Positions 46,873-55,851 of a stretch of 62,969 bases of DNA are shown here, piece by piece. Origin of the DNA: Bacilli bacterium (GTDB lineage Bacteria; Bacillota_I; Bacilli_A; Izemoplasmatales; Hujiaoplasmataceae). The stretch's first letter is position 1; the number at the start of each line of letters is the position of its first letter. The stretch is taken from NCBI GenBank assembly GCA_016935515.1, contig JAFGQT010000082.1, positions 1-62,969 on the forward strand, read 5' to 3'. The notes below the pieces were generated by a model, which worked only from the letters and a program-made list of their open reading frames with translations, was not told the DNA's origin and did no database searches. A program made the translations under genes and the position numbers.

Positions 46873-47940
46873 ATGATGTCTAGAAGCTTGATAGCGACAA
46901 AGCCTAGGGTTGCAGAAATACTCGAGGTTGAACTAAGAAAAATCAATCCTGACGAAGTTCTGATCCGTGTGGATTACGCTTCACCTAAACATGGAACTGA
47001 AATGACTGATTTTCGAGGAAAGAGCCCGTGGGATAAACATCGATTCGATGAGAAATCGAGATTGTTTGTACCACGTGAATCTCAGGAAAGCGGCATCGCT
47101 TTTGGCTCCTGGAATGTAGGGAACATGGTCGTTGGCCATATCATAAATGTGGGATCTGACGTCAAGTCGTATGCAGTAGGCGAGAGGGTAGCCACCTATG
47201 GCGGTATTTCAGAGTACATAATTGCCAAAGGGGTTGACAATCACCGGCTGAGAAAAATGAAGGAAACAGACATCTGGCAAAACGCTGTTTGTTATGATCC
47301 GATGCAGTATGCCTTATCCGGAATTCGCGACGCTCATGTCAGACCTGGCGATGAAGTAGTCATCTTTGGACTTGGAGCGATCGGACTGTTGGCAGTAGCC
47401 ATTGCAAAAAACATTGGCGCAAAAGTCTATGCGGTAGATCCGTTGGAAAACCGCAGAAATATAGCGCTATCCTATGGTGCGGATCATGCTTTGGATCCAA
47501 TTGGTAACGATATAGGAAGCATCATTAAATCAAGCAGCCACAATCAAGGAGCTGACAGCGCAATAGAGACGAGCGGCAATCCGCACGCACTGCAACAAGC
47601 ACTTCGCAGTCTTGCATACGGGGGGATCGTCGCGTATGTTGCCTTTCCAAAAGAGTTCACGGGCGGACTTGACTTTGGTAAGGAATCGCACTTCAACAAT
47701 CTCTCAATTGTATTTTCCCGAGCTTCAAATGAACCCAATCGTGATTATCCGCGTTGGAATCGAAAACGAATTGAAGACACTTGTTGGGAAATGTTGATGT
47801 TGAACCAAGTAAATTGTGAGAAAATGATCACTCCAGTGGTATCGTTTGAGGAATCTGCTGAAGCATATATGAAATATGTAGATCAAGAGCCTGAATTATC
47901 CGTCAAACTTGGGATAGACTTCACAGGTGACCAAAGATGA
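46873..47940 (+). CDS. medium-chain dehydrogenase/reductase (MDR, alcohol dehydrogenase-like) family protein
   Basis: It has a GroES-like N-terminal domain and a Rossmann motif VVIFGLGAIGLLAV. The usual GHE zinc motif reads GTE here, so zinc dependence is uncertain. An alternative ATG at 46876 has better RBS spacing. Confidence 0.7.
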   Translation: MMSRSLIATKPRVAEILEVELRKINPDEVLIRVDYASPKHGTEMTDFRGKSPWDKHRFDEKSRLFVPRESQESGIAFGSWNVGNMVVGHIINVGSDVKSYAVGERVATYGGISEYIIAKGVDNHRLRKMKETDIWQNAVCYDPMQYALSGIRDAHVRPGDEVVIFGLGAIGLLAVAIAKNIGAKVYAVDPLENRRNIALSYGADHALDPIGNDIGSIIKSSSHNQGADSAIETSGNPHALQQALRSLAYGGIVAYVAFPKEFTGGLDFGKESHFNNLSIVFSRASNEPNRDYPRWNRKRIEDTCWEMLMLNQVNCEKMITPVVSFEESAEAYMKYVDQEPELSVKLGIDFTGDQR

Positions 47941-48743
47941 AATTATTGACGCATGACAAGCCTTTTTTTCCCAATGAATGGGAAAAAAAATTCATCTATT
48001 TGCGTGACATGGGCTTTGATGGATTTGAGATTGACGGTGGAGTTCTGCTTAAAGAGTTTGATAGAATCAAAAAGGCATCTGAAGTACATAACTTCCCTGT
48101 TCGGATGATTTGCGGTGGTTATAATGGCTGGATTGGGGATTTTGACCCTGACAGGCGTAAACAGGGAATTTCCGACATCAATCAGATTTTGAAAGCGGGA
48201 TATGCATTGAACGTACAAGGTATAGTCCTCCCGGCGGCCTGGGGGATGTTTTCTAAACGTTTACCTCCGATGATTCCCCCGAGAACACAGGAAGAGGACA
48301 CTGAGGTCCTTTTGGATTCCCTTGCCAAGCTTAATGCTATTGCCAAAGAAACAAATACCACGATTTACCTTGAACCACTAAATCGCTATGAAGACTATAT
48401 GTTGAATCACATCTATGAAGCTGCCGCCTTGATTGAACTCGGCAGTTTCGATTCCGTCAAGATTTGTTATGATTTCTTTCATATGAATATTGAAGAGTCG
48501 AAGATGGATGATCCGATACTTGAGTTTCATCAACATATAGGTCATGTCCATTTAGCCAGCAGTCATCGTTATCAACCTGGTAGCGGTCATCTTGATTACC
48601 AACCCGGGTTCAGAGCATTGAGAGAAATCGACTATGACGGCGATTTCGCCTTCGAGTGTCGAGTTCTAGGTGATGACCCCGAAGTTGCATACCGTAAATC
48701 GGTTGATTTTGTTCGCAACGAACTAAAGAAGGCAGGTTATTGA
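47937..48743 (+). CDS. sugar phosphate isomerase/epimerase (xylose isomerase-like TIM barrel) family protein
   Basis: ATGA overlap with the upstream gene. Metal-ligand-like motifs YLEPLNRYE...DFFHMNIEE...GHVHLAS are present. The length is 268 aa. Confidence 0.7.
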   Translation: MKLLTHDKPFFPNEWEKKFIYLRDMGFDGFEIDGGVLLKEFDRIKKASEVHNFPVRMICGGYNGWIGDFDPDRRKQGISDINQILKAGYALNVQGIVLPAAWGMFSKRLPPMIPPRTQEEDTEVLLDSLAKLNAIAKETNTTIYLEPLNRYEDYMLNHIYEAAALIELGSFDSVKICYDFFHMNIEESKMDDPILEFHQHIGHVHLASSHRYQPGSGHLDYQPGFRALREIDYDGDFAFECRVLGDDPEVAYRKSVDFVRNELKKAGY

Positions 48744-48745
48744 AG

Positions 48746-49777
48746 ATGTTGAAAGTGGCAATCATCGGTGCAGGGAACATTGCGAGGACGATTCATTTGC
48801 CAGCATATATAAGTGATCCTGATGTGACAGTAGTCGGCATAGCTGATGTAAACGAACAGACACTTAAAGCGACTGCCGACCAGTTCAATGTCGCAAATCG
48901 GTACACGAATTATCGGGACATGATTACAGAGTTATCACCTGATTTGGTCAGCGTCTGTTCACCGAATAAGTATCATTTCGAACAAGTCATGTTTGCTCTT
49001 GAGAAAAAAGCACACGTATTTTGCGAAAAACCACCGGCAATAAACTATCGTGAAGCAAAGACCATGCACGAATTGTCCCGTCAAAACGGACTTCTATTGG
49101 GCTTCAACTTTCATCACCGATATCGCGAAGAAACCAAAATCATCAAGGACTGGATCGACAGTAGAGGCACCGACAAAATCTATTTCTGTGAACTAGAAGC
49201 ACTACGAAGACGCGGTATACCTGGATGGGGTCAGTTTACGAACAAAGAAGTACAGGGTGGGGGTCCATTGATTGATTTTGGCATCCACCTGTTGGATTTG
49301 GCATTATTTTTGCTTGATTTCCCAGAGCCCGCCTACTGTCTGGCAATGGATTACGATTTGATAGGCAAGATTGGAGGAGAGGGCGATTTTGGTAAATGGG
49401 ACGGCGGATCCAAATTTCAGGTCGAAGATTCTCTTTTTGGTCAGGTTACATTCAAGTCTGGCTTTAGCATACAGATCAAGACTGCGTTTGCGATCAACAT
49501 GGCAGAAAAATCACGCATGGATTTAAGATTTCACGCCGGCGATGAATCAATTTCACTTAGCCCCTTGAGTGTATTCAATCAAGATGGTTTGATTAGGCAA
49601 AGTTTAATCGAGCCAAATCGGAATCTTTCTGCGTTGCCTTCCTTTCTTGACTATATTAAGGGGAATAGTGACGTTAAGCCAGTATTGTCTGATTCAGTAT
49701 TGTTGACGCAAAAAGTCATCGATTGTCTTTATTTGTCAGCTTCTACCAAGAAGCCCGTGAAAGTTGAACTAGATTGA
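48746..49777 (+). CDS. Gfo/Idh/MocA-family NAD(P)-dependent oxidoreductase
   Basis: MLKVAIIGAGNIA is the Rossmann N-terminus and EKP (FCEKPPA) is the family motif. An alternative TTG start lies at 48740. Confidence 0.8.
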   Translation: MLKVAIIGAGNIARTIHLPAYISDPDVTVVGIADVNEQTLKATADQFNVANRYTNYRDMITELSPDLVSVCSPNKYHFEQVMFALEKKAHVFCEKPPAINYREAKTMHELSRQNGLLLGFNFHHRYREETKIIKDWIDSRGTDKIYFCELEALRRRGIPGWGQFTNKEVQGGGPLIDFGIHLLDLALFLLDFPEPAYCLAMDYDLIGKIGGEGDFGKWDGGSKFQVEDSLFGQVTFKSGFSIQIKTAFAINMAEKSRMDLRFHAGDESISLSPLSVFNQDGLIRQSLIEPNRNLSALPSFLDYIKGNSDVKPVLSDSVLLTQKVIDCLYLSASTKKPVKVELD

Positions 49778-49778
49778 C

Positions 49779-51980
49779 ATGAATCACTTTTTTGTAGACG
49801 ATTTCGAGAAAGCTTTTTCGCTTGATTACGATTATGCGATTCAGAACAATAAGGAGAGCATACTGACAATCGGCAATGGCCGTTATGGACTTAGAGGAAC
49901 ATTTGAAGAGAAACTCCCGTATGAGAATCGGGGTTTTTTCCGTTCAGGCTTCTATCTTTGTCAAGAAGGAAAATCAGAAGACCTCTTGTGCTTGCCTGAT
50001 ATTTCAGAGATTAGACTTGTTTTGAATGGCGAATTCTTCCATATTTCACGAGGAAATTTTAAGAAACACGAAAGATTTATTGATTTGGATTCACACGAAC
50101 TTATACGAAGGTGTATCTGGATTTCACCAACAGGAAAAAGCTATGATATCACGTTCAAGCGGTTCTTCTCATTCGCTAATCCAGATTTGTTCTACCAAGA
50201 AGTAGTTGTAGGTTCAGATACAGAAGATGTAGAAATCCTGATTGAAACTGGTGTCAACGGAGGCGGTTCAGGTTCTAAAAAAAGTGACGTTTTCACTTTT
50301 GAATCTAGAGTGATTGACAAGAGCATAATGCAAGTTCATGTTGCATATGGCCTTCCCGATTCCCAATCATTGACGTTCACACAAGGACTGAAGCTTGATA
50401 ATCGCTGGTTGAGCGGTGATTTCAACGTAAAGAACAGTGCACTTGTTGGCTCATATCGTAGTTTCGCCAGAAAAGCATCAAGATTAAGCGTGACGAAAGT
50501 TACATTGATAAGCGACAACTCGTTGTCAATTCAGGAAGCGCACGGGCAATTTTCTAGGTGTGAGGAATATGCAGGACATATTCAGAAACATCAGGATAGT
50601 CTGCACAGAAATGTCAGACTACCACTTGAGCTTCTGAACAGGGATGCAGATATCAATCAGAAAATCAAGGCATCATTGCACCATATCTGGATATTGACTC
50701 CTTATCATGATGAAATGTCTATAGGTGCCAAAGGGCTAAGTGGAGAGGGCTATAATGGACATGTCTTTTGGGATACTGAGATCTTCATGTTTCCTTATTA
50801 TCTCTTTACTGACCCGTTTATAGCAAAAAAACTTCTGCTCTACCGCTATAATCGACTCGATCAAAGTAGAAGTAACGCAAAATCCAGGGGTTACCAAGGA
50901 GCGATGGTGGCTTGGGAATCTGCGTTGTCAGGCATTGATCAAACACCAGAGTTTTCTGCGATCAATATTCACACTGGGAAACGGACTTTGGTACATTCTG
51001 GGAAAAAGGAACTACACGTGACAGTGGATGTCATGTTCGCGATCATCATGTATTATTTGGCGACCGAAGATGATGAGTTCATGCAAAAATACGGAGTTGA
51101 GATGCTTGAAGAATATACCCGTTTTTGGTTGTCAAAATGTAAAATGACCAATCGAGGGCTGGAAATTTTGGATGTTATTGGCCCGGACGAATACACTGAG
51201 CATATCAACAACAATTTCTATACCAATTTCATGGTCAAAAAAGCCCTGAAAATGGCTGCTATACATTTTCGTGATCAAATATTGGCTGAAGAAGCTTTGA
51301 AAGCTTCAGAATTAATTTATTTGCCAGTAATTGAGCGATCAGTTATTCCTCAAGACGATACGTTCCTGCATAAAAAAGAAATCGATATTTACGCATATCG
51401 AGAAAATGCCGGAAGCCAAGACATACTCAAAGACTTTTCGCGTGAGCAAGTAAACGAGCTTCAGGTCCTGAAACAAGCCGATTCAATTTTATTGTTTGAG
51501 TTGTTTCCTGATGATTTTCCTGATGAAGTTGTGTCTGCGACATATCATTACTATGAAAAACGAACGATCCATGACTCCTCTTTGTCAAAATCAACCCATG
51601 CTATCGTCGGATTTGACATTAAAGATCAAGAACTTGCGACAAAATACTTCCGAGAGTCTTTGGATGTCGATTTTTCCGATTATTCTCATTCCTCAACAGG
51701 CATACATGCCGCTTCGATGTTTCGACCGTTTTTGATCCTTTTCCGAGGTGTTCTTGGTATTAGGATAATGGCAGATGGTATTTTGAAAATCGATCCAAAG
51801 CGACAATTTTTGGTTCCAGAGTTCCATTTGACTTTCCAGTATAGAAAAAGGTTGATTAAAGTGACTTACGATGACAATGTTAGTCTTACACTGATTAGTG
51901 GGGAGAATATTACAGTTCTATTTGGCGGCGAAAAGCGCAACTTGACTCTGAGTAGCCCAACTGTCCTGATGTTAAAATGA
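49779..51980 (+). CDS. GH65-family glycoside hydrolase/phosphorylase (maltose/kojibiose phosphorylase-like)
   Basis: GEGYNGHVFWDTEIFMFPYY and the catalytic-acid region QGAMVAWESA are present, and the length is 733 aa. Confidence 0.8.
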   Translation: MNHFFVDDFEKAFSLDYDYAIQNNKESILTIGNGRYGLRGTFEEKLPYENRGFFRSGFYLCQEGKSEDLLCLPDISEIRLVLNGEFFHISRGNFKKHERFIDLDSHELIRRCIWISPTGKSYDITFKRFFSFANPDLFYQEVVVGSDTEDVEILIETGVNGGGSGSKKSDVFTFESRVIDKSIMQVHVAYGLPDSQSLTFTQGLKLDNRWLSGDFNVKNSALVGSYRSFARKASRLSVTKVTLISDNSLSIQEAHGQFSRCEEYAGHIQKHQDSLHRNVRLPLELLNRDADINQKIKASLHHIWILTPYHDEMSIGAKGLSGEGYNGHVFWDTEIFMFPYYLFTDPFIAKKLLLYRYNRLDQSRSNAKSRGYQGAMVAWESALSGIDQTPEFSAINIHTGKRTLVHSGKKELHVTVDVMFAIIMYYLATEDDEFMQKYGVEMLEEYTRFWLSKCKMTNRGLEILDVIGPDEYTEHINNNFYTNFMVKKALKMAAIHFRDQILAEEALKASELIYLPVIERSVIPQDDTFLHKKEIDIYAYRENAGSQDILKDFSREQVNELQVLKQADSILLFELFPDDFPDEVVSATYHYYEKRTIHDSSLSKSTHAIVGFDIKDQELATKYFRESLDVDFSDYSHSSTGIHAASMFRPFLILFRGVLGIRIMADGILKIDPKRQFLVPEFHLTFQYRKRLIKVTYDDNVSLTLISGENITVLFGGEKRNLTLSSPTVLMLK

Positions 51981-51992
51981 TTTAATTTCTGT

Positions 51993-52026
51993 AAAGCCCA
52001 AGGAGAGTAAGTTCCTCGGGCTTTTT
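51993..52026 (+). terminator. rho-independent terminator closing the glycoside operon
   Basis: aaagcccaagga pairs with tcctcgggcttt (one mismatch) and is followed by TTT. Confidence 0.7.
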
Positions 52027-52187
52027 CCTAGTTTAAAGTATGGTGCTTTTCAGATTTAACGATATTTGGCATGCCCTTTGGTATAAAAATTGTAAGCATT
52101 AATATGGAAATACAAGGCTAGATTAATGTATAATGATATATGAAAGTCAATATTTGACACCCATTTATTACCTAAAGGACGGTTCAT

Positions 52188-52532
52188 ATGATAGGGAAAA
52201 AAGACGATATCATTTCCATGAAGTTGAATGGAGAAGACATAAATAATGCCTATATGAAGGTGCTTGTTGGGCCAGATCAAGGGTGGGAATCTCACGTAAT
52301 GCGTTTAATTGAAGTTGAGCCAGGCGGAAACACTCCCAAACACAAACACCCATGGCCCCATATCAACTTCATCGTCGAAGGAAAAGGAATACTGATGATC
52401 GATAACGTTGAACATGTTGTTGAACCAGGTGCGTATGCATATGTTCCCGCTGATCACATTCATCAGTTTCTAAACCGGGGTGATTTGACATTCAGTTTTC
52501 TCTGTATCGTGCCAAAAGAAGGTCACAAATAA
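52188..52532 (+). CDS. cupin domain protein (114 aa)
   Basis: The cupin motifs are GGNTPKHKHPWPHINFIVEG and GAYAYVPADHIHQFLN. Confidence 0.7.
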   Translation: MIGKKDDIISMKLNGEDINNAYMKVLVGPDQGWESHVMRLIEVEPGGNTPKHKHPWPHINFIVEGKGILMIDNVEHVVEPGAYAYVPADHIHQFLNRGDLTFSFLCIVPKEGHK

Positions 52533-52722
52533 AGAATCATATTCTACATATAGTACTGGCTACCCATTTTTAGAAAAACTTGATTGTCTGTTGACCAAGC
52601 CGCAAATAAACTGTAAAATGAAACTTAATATACTATTAGGGTAATCATTACTAGAGATAACAACACAATGAATCATTTTTTCGTTGAGATGACTTGTTTT
52701 ACGGGTAGAGGAGGAATATCTT

Positions 52723-55599
52723 ATGAAGAAGTATTTGCCAAGCATTACGACAGGTTTTGTCCTGCTTGTTTTGACAGGGCTCACGATCTGGCAGAGCTTC
52801 GAGGCTGATTTGCATTCATCGGTAGTCCATATCTATTACATTACAGTTATTTTCATCGCATTTTGGATGCGCAAATGGCTTCTCTGGGCGACAGGATACA
52901 TCGTCTTGATGCATATGGCTTTGGATGCGATCACAACTCAAAGTTTCCCCTTGTTTGCTTTCGGTGAATCAGTTCTTTTGATTATGCTTGCACTCTTTCT
53001 GCATTATACTTTCGTAAACCAGGAAAAAAGCGAAACCATCGCCAAGCTATTCAAACAGGTAGCTGACGACTCGATATTTGCGCAAATCATCACCGACACT
53101 GATGGCAAGATTGTCTATGTCAATCCATATTTTGCGGGATTGAACCGAGTTGAGCCGGAAAAGATGATTGGTCAGGATCTAGCTTCTTTGATTGAAGTTA
53201 CCCATGACACGAAATTCAAGGACATGATTGAATCACTGAGACAGACTGGATTTTTCACTGAAACCGAATTGTGTTTGAGCGATAACGGTAAGGAATTACC
53301 GATGCTGGCAAGCGGAGTCGTCATCAATGATACAGAGAACAAACCAGAATTTTACGCGATATGTGCGATAGACATAACAGATCAAAAGCAGTTATCTAAC
53401 GACCTGAAGAAAAACAAGGATCGACTTGAGAGCATCATTGAAGCAACAAGAATCGGAACTTGGGAGTGGGACATCGAATCGGGCAAGACAATATTCGATG
53501 ACCGATGGGCGGACATGGCAGGCTACACCTTGGAAGAACTATCGCCAACCACTATTGATACATGGAACAACCTGCTCCATCCTGATGACAAAGAAATCGT
53601 CGAAACTTCTTTGGCGAGAATTTTTGCCCAGAAGGAAGAGTACTACAATGTCATAGTAAGGATGAAACACAAAAATGGCAATTTCATCTGGGTCCATGAC
53701 CGTGGGAAGGTCATCAAATGGTCGGACACAGAGAAACCGTTGTTGATGATGGGGACGCATACTGATGTTACCGAGGCGAAGCTAGCTGAAGAACAGATCA
53801 AATACAGCCATCGTCTTATGCAATATGTCATTGAAAATGCCAATGCGGCAATTGCGATTCATGACAAGGATCTAAAATACTTATATGTGAGCCAGAATTA
53901 TTTACGCCAGTATGACGTTAAAGAAAAAAATATCATCGGTAAACATCACTACGATGTTTTCCCTGACCTGCCTCAGAAATGGCGGGACGTCCATCAACGA
54001 ACGCTCAAGGGGGAAACCGTTAGGGGAGACAAAGATATTTTTGTCCGTAGCGACGGCAAGGAGTTTTGGACTCGCTGGGAATCGAGACCATGGTATGAAC
54101 TTGATGGTTCAATTGGTGGCCTCATAATCTACACCGAAGTAATCAATGAGCGTCTTGAAACGGAAAAACGGCTTCAGGAATCGCAAGATATGTTGCTTCG
54201 AGTTATGGACAATTTGCCTATTGGCATCGCCCTGGCAAAGTTGGATCCCGAATATACATTCACTTATATGAACGAAAACTTTCCAGTTTTTTACGGTGCA
54301 CCAAGAAAAGACTTGGAAAAACCTGGGTTTTTCTGGAATGCGGTTTTTGAAGATCCAAAATACAGGGAAGCGGTGAGGAAAACTTTTGAACAGGATGTTA
54401 ACTCCAGTGCTGCTTCCAGTAAACATTGGAAACGGATCCCAATCGCAAGAAAAGGCAAAAAGACTAGATATGTCGATGCTGTGGTAACCTCGATGATGAA
54501 CGGTGAATATTTCATATCAATGGTCAACGACGTGACTGAACAAGTAGAAAAACAAACCGAAATCGAACGTATCAGCATGCATGATTCGTTGACCGGATTG
54601 TTCAACCGCAACGTTTTCACGTCACGGCTAACTGAATTGGACGAAGTCATGAACTATCCACTCAGCATCATGATGATCGACATCAACGGACTCAAGCTGA
54701 TCAACGATGCCTTCGGTTTTCAAAAAGGTGATCAGGCAATCAAAATGATTGCAGAAGCAATCAAGAAAGTGTTGGAGAACAAGAATTCTGTGATTGCAAG
54801 ACTTGGCGGAGGAGAATTTGGGGCCATTCTTTCTGGTACAAATTTTGAAGAAGCTCAGAAAGTAAAAGATGCAATAATTGCCAGTATCACAAAACTGAAA
54901 CTTTCTAACATGGAGCTTGGCGTCGTGATTGGAGTGGCAACCAAGTTAAACGACGAAATCTCAATCCAAGAACTACTTAAGAACGCTGAAGACGACATGC
55001 TCAAGCGCAAGATATTGGTTGGTCGTGGCATCCGCAACAGTGCCATCACGAGCATCTTCAAAACGTTGACTGAAAAATACGAAGAAGAGAAACTCCATTC
55101 TCAACGTGTCAGCATTTTCTGCCGTCAGATCGGCGAAGCAATGCAGCTCAGTCGTGATGATGTCAAAGAGCTTGAACTCGCAGGATTGTTCCATGACATC
55201 GGTAAAATATCGCTTCGTGATGATGTCTTAAAAAAACCAGGAAAACTAACTGATGAAGAATACGCTGAAGTAAAGAAGCATGCGGAGATAGGCTATCAGA
55301 TTCTTCGCGCAGCAGACAAATATTCCGGTCTGGCCGAACATGCCTTGTGTCACCATGAGAGATGGGACGGAAAAGGTTATCCAAATGGGCTCAAGGGCGA
55401 AGAGATTCCTTTCTTTTCGCGGATTATTTGCGTAGCAGACGCATTTGAAGCAATGACTTCAGACCGACCCTACAGAAAAGCCAATAAACTCGAATTTGCA
55501 GCTGAGGAATTGAAGCGTTGTGCCGGCACTCAGTTTGATGCAACGATCGTTGATGTTTTTGTCAACAAAGTATTGAAATTACCGCCAAAACTCGATTGA
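52723..55599 (+). CDS. membrane-anchored multi-PAS / GGDEF (degenerate, GGGEF) / HD-GYP c-di-GMP signalling protein
   Basis: RBS gaggagg lies upstream. The N-terminus has about 4 TM helices, followed by about four PAS-like segments (for example GTWEWDIESGKTIFDDRWADMAGY). The GGDEF domain has RLGGGEFG at 54805-54819. The HD-GYP domain has LFHDIGK and HHERWDGKGYPNGL. Confidence 0.85.
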   Translation: MKKYLPSITTGFVLLVLTGLTIWQSFEADLHSSVVHIYYITVIFIAFWMRKWLLWATGYIVLMHMALDAITTQSFPLFAFGESVLLIMLALFLHYTFVNQEKSETIAKLFKQVADDSIFAQIITDTDGKIVYVNPYFAGLNRVEPEKMIGQDLASLIEVTHDTKFKDMIESLRQTGFFTETELCLSDNGKELPMLASGVVINDTENKPEFYAICAIDITDQKQLSNDLKKNKDRLESIIEATRIGTWEWDIESGKTIFDDRWADMAGYTLEELSPTTIDTWNNLLHPDDKEIVETSLARIFAQKEEYYNVIVRMKHKNGNFIWVHDRGKVIKWSDTEKPLLMMGTHTDVTEAKLAEEQIKYSHRLMQYVIENANAAIAIHDKDLKYLYVSQNYLRQYDVKEKNIIGKHHYDVFPDLPQKWRDVHQRTLKGETVRGDKDIFVRSDGKEFWTRWESRPWYELDGSIGGLIIYTEVINERLETEKRLQESQDMLLRVMDNLPIGIALAKLDPEYTFTYMNENFPVFYGAPRKDLEKPGFFWNAVFEDPKYREAVRKTFEQDVNSSAASSKHWKRIPIARKGKKTRYVDAVVTSMMNGEYFISMVNDVTEQVEKQTEIERISMHDSLTGLFNRNVFTSRLTELDEVMNYPLSIMMIDINGLKLINDAFGFQKGDQAIKMIAEAIKKVLENKNSVIARLGGGEFGAILSGTNFEEAQKVKDAIIASITKLKLSNMELGVVIGVATKLNDEISIQELLKNAEDDMLKRKILVGRGIRNSAITSIFKTLTEKYEEEKLHSQRVSIFCRQIGEAMQLSRDDVKELELAGLFHDIGKISLRDDVLKKPGKLTDEEYAEVKKHAEIGYQILRAADKYSGLAEHALCHHERWDGKGYPNGLKGEEIPFFSRIICVADAFEAMTSDRPYRKANKLEFAAEELKRCAGTQFDATIVDVFVNKVLKLPPKLD

Positions 55600-55685
55600 A
55601 CCAGTAATTCTTACCAATTGACAGGCTAGTTTAACCACTATGTCTGTTTTTTTTATCATTTTGTTAAGAAAAAATCACCACACCA

Positions 55686-55714
55686 TTGACTATAAATATT
55701 AATATATTTATAAT
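55686..55714 (+). promoter_or_regulatory. near-consensus sigma-A promoter upstream of the giant lipoprotein gene
   Basis: TTGACT (55686-55691), a 17-nt spacer and TATAAT (55709-55714). Confidence 0.6.
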
Positions 55715-55737
55715 TTCTATATATACTGAGAATGATT

Positions 55738-55778
55738 GCGCAGCATAGTCGAATAATCGAGCATGCTGCGCAATTTTT
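55738..55778 (+). promoter_or_regulatory. terminator-like hairpin inside the 5' leader of the giant gene (candidate attenuator)
   Basis: gcgcagcat (55738-55746) pairs perfectly over 9 bp with atgctgcgc (55763-55771), with an inner tcga/tcga extension, followed by aaTTTTT. It lies about 20 nt downstream of the predicted -10 and 74 nt upstream of the ATG. Confidence 0.5.
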
Positions 55779-55851
55779 GAAGCCAGGACTCGAAAATCGA
55801 ATATTTGAACCACTTAATTCTGTATTATAGCTATTTTTTAGGGGGACAATC

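Noticed and set aside
55715-55851. Possible c-di-GMP riboswitch (GEMM-I/II) in the leader of the giant gene, given the adjacent GGDEF/HD-GYP gene
   Set aside because: I could not find the conserved GEMM core sequences or the tetraloop-receptor arrangement by eye. Only a simple terminator-like hairpin is evident. A covariance-model scan is needed to exclude it formally.
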